Origin: Oscillospiraceae bacterium
Lineage (GTDB): Bacteria > Bacillota > Clostridia > Oscillospirales > UBA929
NCBI GenBank assembly: GCA_009777255.1
Contig: WRMG01000002.1
Location: forward strand, 2,105 to 66,104
Direction: 5' to 3'
Length of the DNA stretch: 64,000 nt
Under the pieces are notes generated by a model. That model had not been told where the DNA came from, searched no databases, and saw only the letters and a program-made list of their open reading frames with translations. Below, piece by piece: positions 59,765 to 64,000 of this stretch. The stretch's first letter is position 1; the number at the start of each line of letters is the position of its first letter. The translations under genes were made by a program, and so were the position numbers.

Positions 59765-59793
59765 AGTATATCATAAAAATTAAGGGCGCACAA
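59765..59793 (-). promoter_or_regulatory. Putative promoter of the heptad-repeat gene
   Basis: Minus strand reads TTGTGC, a 17-nt spacer and TATACT, with an extended -10 (TGATATACT). Confidence 0.5.
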
Positions 59794-59841
59794 TACTTAA
59801 ATTAAAAAGAATCGGGCGGATATTCGTTCTCGCACAAAAAA

Positions 59842-59873
59842 CCTCCCGCGCTCCGAGAGGAAGAGCGGGGAGG
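59842..59873 (-). terminator. Intrinsic terminator of the Ca-binding protein gene
   Basis: Stem cctcccgcgctc / gagcggggagg with one bulge, followed on the minus strand by TTTTTT. Confidence 0.6.
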
Positions 59874-59910
59874 TGATTTTTGGCGGGACGCCGTGTGCGC
59901 CGTCCCCCTG

Positions 59911-61053
59911 TTATACCCTTAAATCGACGTGCTGAACGGTGCCGGCGCGCCCGTCCTCATACAGGAAAAAGCCGGTGCGCCGGATATAGCCGCCGGGGTC
60001 GTTTAAGCTGCCCAGAGCGTAGTCCGTTTCGACGCTGCCCAGATAGATGGCGCCGATACCGACCTCGCCCAGAGCGACAAGCGAATGTGTGCCGTCGTCG
60101 TTTACAAGCCACACCCGCAGCTTGTCGAAGATGGCGTCGTTTTCGTCGATCCAGCCGTTGCCGTCGCCGTCATGCGCGCTCAGCTCGGCAAAGCCGTTGC
60201 CGGTAAGCGCGCCGAACAGCTCGCTGCCGTCGTTTATCACGCCGTCGCCGTTTATGTCATACGCCAAAAAGCCGCTGCCATAAGCGAGGCGCGAAATCTG
60301 ATCGGATTCGCCGCCGCCGTCCAGGTCAAACTCGAACCTGGTATCGCCCAGCAAGGCCGATGGTATATCGAGATTGATGACCAGCGGGTCCTTAAACTGT
60401 ATCTCGTTTACCGAGGTTAAGCTGAATACCGCCTCCAGGTCAAGCTTCTCGTAAAACGACTGCGACATATTTAATTGTAAATCTATATCAATACGCCGCC
60501 CGTCAGAGGTCCTGACCTGCGCAGTTGTGGAAAAAGACATGCTGTTTTCTATGGATAATTCGCGGGATGCTTTTATATAGCCGCTTGTGCTGACCACCCT
60601 GAACATCTGCTGGGGCGCCTCCTGACGGCGGGACATTCCGCCGTTTATGCGTTCCCAGAGCATGGACAGGTTATCCCCGCCATGCTGTTCGTCCTGCCGG
60701 TCCTCGATACGGAGCCGGCTTTTCAGTGAGTCGATCAAGCCGCTGAACTGGGATGAGCCTGAGTACTTTTGCAGCGCCTCTAAAAACGCCCGGATAAGCT
60801 GCGCTTTCAAATCGTTTTGCCAGTCGCCGAAATCGCCGCCTGTGCCGGCGGGTTTCGCGGGCGAGTAGAGGCCCTTGACATCGGAATCCCTTTCGCCGAG
60901 GGTCAGGGTGTCCTCCAACAGCCCCGATTCCTCAAGCTCCTCGAGCGTCATCTCGGCCACGGACACTGTCCTTAGATACGCGGCCGACGAGGATTCCGTT
61001 CGCTTGTAGTCGCTGCCGCCCTGCATGGCGACAACGGCCGATTCAATTTTCAT
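59911..61053 (-). CDS. Hypothetical protein with EF-hand-like Asp/Gly Ca-binding repeats
   Basis: C-terminal DLDGGGESD, YDINGDGVINDGSELFG and HDGDGNGWIDENDAIFDKLRVW. No signal peptide seen. RBS GGAGGTG. Confidence 0.55.
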   Translation of the reverse strand: MKIESAVVAMQGGSDYKRTESSSAAYLRTVSVAEMTLEELEESGLLEDTLTLGERDSDVKGLYSPAKPAGTGGDFGDWQNDLKAQLIRAFLEALQKYSGSSQFSGLIDSLKSRLRIEDRQDEQHGGDNLSMLWERINGGMSRRQEAPQQMFRVVSTSGYIKASRELSIENSMSFSTTAQVRTSDGRRIDIDLQLNMSQSFYEKLDLEAVFSLTSVNEIQFKDPLVINLDIPSALLGDTRFEFDLDGGGESDQISRLAYGSGFLAYDINGDGVINDGSELFGALTGNGFAELSAHDGDGNGWIDENDAIFDKLRVWLVNDDGTHSLVALGEVGIGAIYLGSVETDYALGSLNDPGGYIRRTGFFLYEDGRAGTVQHVDLRV

Positions 61054-61215
61054 TTTACACCTCCATGTGACGCGCTTCGGCCCGGCAGAGCCTCATGCTC
61101 TGCGCCTCCTTGCCTCCGCGACGGTTTGGGAGGTCCCGCGTCCTCTCTCCGCGGGACACTGCTCCATTGCGTATATCGTATATTTCAGCGGAAACTTGAG
61201 GGGGAAATTTTATGA

Positions 61216-61272
61216 TTGTGCGCGGCGGGGATGTGTGGTAGAATGTTGGGGCGCGATGAGGACATCGCGCCC
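61216..61272 (+). promoter_or_regulatory. Putative purH promoter and leader hairpin
   Basis: TTGTGC, a 17-nt spacer and TAGAAT, with an extended -10 TG. A 10-bp hairpin gggcgcgatg/catcgcgccc follows (61249-61272), just before the RBS. Confidence 0.4.
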
Positions 61273-61295
61273 TACGATGGAAAGGAGAATATTTT

Positions 61296-62819
61296 ATGAA
61301 AAGAGCGATAATCAGCGTGAGCGATAAAACGGGCGTTGCGGAGTTCGCAAGGGGGCTTGCGGAAAAGGGGTATGAGATAATCTCGACCGGCGGCACGGCG
61401 GCGCTTTTGAGAGAAGAGGGGATTCCCGTTTTGGAAGCGGAGCGGGTCACGGGCTTTCCCGAGTGCCTTGACGGGCGCGTTAAGACGCTGCACCCGCTTA
61501 TACACGGCGGGGTGCTGGCCGTGAGGGACGACCCCTCGCATATGGAGACGCTGGAAAAGCTGGGGATCGGCGAGATAGATATTATCTGCGTGAATCTCTA
61601 CCCGTTTAAGGATACCGTCGCAAAGCCGAACCACACGCTGGGCGAGGCGGTAGAGAATATCGACATCGGCGGGCCGTCGCTTATCCGCGCGGGCGCGAAG
61701 AATTATAGATATGTCACGGTCGTCACGGACGCGGGCGACTATCAGGCCGTGCTTGACACTTTGGACGGCGGCGGGGCCGCGGAGCTGAGGTTCAGGCTGG
61801 CCGCGAAGGCGTTTCAGCACACGGCGGCCTATGACGCGTATATAGCCCAATATCTGGCGAAGGCGGCGGGGCTGGAGAAGTTTCCCGACCGGCTCACGCT
61901 GACCTTTGAGAAACGGCAGGCGCTGCGGTACGGCGAAAACTCTCATCAGGACGCGGCGTATTACGCGGGCGCGGACGGCGGAGTCTGTATAACCGCGGCC
62001 GAGGTTTTGCACGGCAAGGAGCTTTCGTACAACAACATAAACGACGCCGACGGCGCGATAGAGGCGGTTCTGGAGTTCGCGGAGCCGTGCTGTGTCGCGG
62101 TCAAGCACGCGAACCCGTGCGCCGTAGCGACGGGCAGGGATTCCGCGGAGGCATACGCGCGGGCGTTCGCCGCCGACCCCGTGTCGATCTTCGGGGGGAT
62201 ACTGGCGTTTAACAGTGTTGTGACCAAGGAGTGCGCCGAGGATATAATCAAGACGTTTATCGAGATTGTCGTCGCGCCGGAGTATACGGCGGACGCGCTG
62301 GAAACGCTGAAAACAAAGAAAAACCTGCGCATACTGCTGCTGCCGCAGGCGGCGGCGGCGGCGGAGCCGCAGCCCGTATACAAGATGGTCGGCGGCGGGC
62401 TGCTGGCGCAGGACAGGGACGATCTGCTGTTAAACGAGCGGCGCGCCGTTACAAAAACGCGGCCCCGCGAGGAGGATACGGCGGATTTGGAGTTTGCCAT
62501 GAAGGTGTGCAAGCATGTCAAGTCGAACGCCATCGTGCTGGCGAAGGACGGCTGCACCGTCGGCATCGGCGGCGGCTGCGCAAACCGCATATGGGCGGCG
62601 CGGGCGGCGATCGAGCGCGCGGGCGAACGGGCGAACGGCGCGGTCATGGCCTCCGACGCGTTTTTCCCGTTCGGCGACGTTGTACAGGAGTGCGCCAAGG
62701 CGGGCGTCGCCGCTATAATCCAGCCGGGCGGCTCGCTGAACGATCAGCTTTCGATAGACGCCTGCGACGAATGCGGCATACCGATGGTGTTTACGGGAGT
62801 GCGGCATTTCAGGCATTGA
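61296..62819 (+). CDS. purH: Bifunctional AICAR transformylase/IMP cyclohydrolase
   Basis: MGS-like N-terminus (ISVSDKTG...STGGTA) and an AICARFT domain. 507 aa. Confidence 0.95.
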   Translation: MKRAIISVSDKTGVAEFARGLAEKGYEIISTGGTAALLREEGIPVLEAERVTGFPECLDGRVKTLHPLIHGGVLAVRDDPSHMETLEKLGIGEIDIICVNLYPFKDTVAKPNHTLGEAVENIDIGGPSLIRAGAKNYRYVTVVTDAGDYQAVLDTLDGGGAAELRFRLAAKAFQHTAAYDAYIAQYLAKAAGLEKFPDRLTLTFEKRQALRYGENSHQDAAYYAGADGGVCITAAEVLHGKELSYNNINDADGAIEAVLEFAEPCCVAVKHANPCAVATGRDSAEAYARAFAADPVSIFGGILAFNSVVTKECAEDIIKTFIEIVVAPEYTADALETLKTKKNLRILLLPQAAAAAEPQPVYKMVGGGLLAQDRDDLLLNERRAVTKTRPREEDTADLEFAMKVCKHVKSNAIVLAKDGCTVGIGGGCANRIWAARAAIERAGERANGAVMASDAFFPFGDVVQECAKAGVAAIIQPGGSLNDQLSIDACDECGIPMVFTGVRHFRH

Positions 62820-62839
62820 GCTTACGCGCAAAAAAAAAC

Positions 62840-62861
62840 GGTCGGGCATGGAAGCCCGACC
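62840..62861. terminator. Bidirectional terminator hairpin
   Basis: Stem ggtcgggc / gcccgacc, preceded by A8 on the plus strand. It lies between convergent genes. Confidence 0.65.
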
Positions 62862-62880
62862 CCGCATTTATTAGATAATT

Positions 62881-63591
62881 TTATTCCATTTTTTCCTCGT
62901 TGTTGATGACGACCTGGCCCTCGGCGAAATACGCGTTGTTCATGGTGACGACGTTCCTGAAGAAGCTCAGCGGCACAAAGGCCGTGTCATTGATGATGAC
63001 AGGGGAGCTTCCCAGCTCGATCGGCGCCATTCTGCCGACGATATAATAGTCGCTTATCAGGCTGAAACGGATTGCCGCGCCCAGCTCGGCGACATTCTCC
63101 TCGCTGTTCCAGCGCACCGTGTGGCCGAGCGCCTCGCAAATGGCGCGCACGGGCACCATCAGTTCCTTGCCCAGCATAAACGGTTCCGGCGCGTCGAGCT
63201 TTTCGCCGTTGATAAGGTACTCGGTTTCGCCGGGGTTCACGGCGTATGAAAAGGCGTAATAGTTCGGCGGCCAGATCAGGGGGATGGGGCGGTCGATGTC
63301 GTAATAGCCCTTGAATACATCGCCCTTTTCGGGGACAGCGCCGGTGAGATCGCCGCTCTCCTGATCAACGTTAAACGAGATGGGGCCGGAGTCGGCGGTT
63401 TCGATAAAGACATTGTACATGAAGCCGCCTCTGGCGTCGTCATAGGCGATGACCTCGGTGACTTCGCCGGAAAAGTATTTGAACACGGTGAGGGTGTCCT
63501 CGATGACGGCGGGCGGGACGCCGGATTCCGCCAGCGCGGTAAGGGTTCCGAGCATCAAGACGGCGAGCAGGACGGCTAAGGCTTTTTTCAT
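62881..63591 (-). CDS. Secreted protein with copper-amine-oxidase N-terminal-like (stalk) domain
   Basis: Signal peptide. The block MVPVRAICEALGHTVRWNSEENV is typical of that domain. Confidence 0.65.
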   Translation of the reverse strand: MKKALAVLLAVLMLGTLTALAESGVPPAVIEDTLTVFKYFSGEVTEVIAYDDARGGFMYNVFIETADSGPISFNVDQESGDLTGAVPEKGDVFKGYYDIDRPIPLIWPPNYYAFSYAVNPGETEYLINGEKLDAPEPFMLGKELMVPVRAICEALGHTVRWNSEENVAELGAAIRFSLISDYYIVGRMAPIELGSSPVIINDTAFVPLSFFRNVVTMNNAYFAEGQVVINNEEKME

Positions 63592-64000
63592 TGCGGGGCG
63601 CCTCCTTCATTATTATTTTCGGGCTTGGATTTTTTGCGGCGGGCTATGGCTTTTCTGGCCGCTATGAATATTATAGCGATTATTGCCAGCCAAAGCAAGA
63701 TATATATTATATTGCCCGCGACGAACACGAAGAGATTAACAAAGAATTTGCCGATTTTTTCGAGCGAGTCCCCGAACGCGGAGCTTATGCGCTCGCCCGG
63801 GGTGTTGGGCGCGGGCGTAAACGAGTTCAGCTCGGTAAGCTCCTCGACCTCCATCAGGTATACGTACACCGCCGAGTAATCGACCAGCGAATCGTAATGC
63901 CTGAGCGAGCCGGTCATGCGGTCGATCTCGTACAGCGTTTCGGACAGCGAGGTTTCAAACTCGATGATCGACCTGCTGCTGGTTTCGCTCTCCAAGAGGC
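63588..64000 (-). CDS. DUF4349-like membrane-anchored protein (5' end outside window)
   Basis: The frame is open to the window end. It has a C-terminal TM helix plus a basic tail. ATGA overlap with the downstream gene. Confidence 0.45.
   Translation of the reverse strand, partial: LLESETSSRSIIEFETSLSETLYEIDRMTGSLRHYDSLVDYSAVYVYLMEVEELTELNSFTPAPNTPGERISSAFGDSLEKIGKFFVNLFVFVAGNIIYILLWLAIIAIIFIAARKAIARRKKSKPENNNEGGAPQ

Noticed and set aside
61272-62878. Minus-strand and alternative-frame ORFs overlapping purH (61272-62108, 61961-62698, 62231-62878)
   Set aside because: purH is unambiguous on the plus strand. The alternatives are GC-driven open frames with Arg/Ala-rich translations.

Overview
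This 64 kb window looks like a high-GC Firmicutes (Clostridia, Oscillospiraceae-like) chromosome. That call rests on gene content and Shine-Dalgarno usage only. No rRNA, tRNA, CRISPR array, transposase or integrase was seen. Housekeeping blocks are dgt-like/dnaG/rpoD, a glmU-like/prs/pth/mfd block with an ECF S-component, purH and dtd. Carbohydrate genes include an mtaB-GH94 phosphorylase-phosphohexomutase string joined by ATGA overlaps, an intracellular GH9-like enzyme and a YihQ-like GH31. A lower-GC cell-surface locus (20.4-30.6 kb) encodes a vWA/SLH protein, a secreted protein and a 2304-aa SLH/beta-helix/Big_2 giant, next to a divergent XRE-type regulator. Also present are an ABC-F ribosomal-protection-type gene with an attenuator-like leader and a YtrA-type GntR/ABC operon. 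A low-GC two-gene glycosyltransferase islet carries an in-frame poly-G(9) tract. There is a FIST-FIST-hybrid histidine kinase (NosP/NahK-like) module. The most unusual locus is at 57.4-61.1 kb. There an ECF-like sigma factor is translationally coupled to a fusion of a chemoreceptor (MCP) hairpin-tip with a CheW-like domain. Upstream of it lie a duplicated 5' sigma fragment, a gene made of 20 perfect-register heptads (21-bp tandem repeats) and an EF-hand-like Ca-binding protein. All functional calls come from motifs read by eye in the supplied translations. No database search was run.
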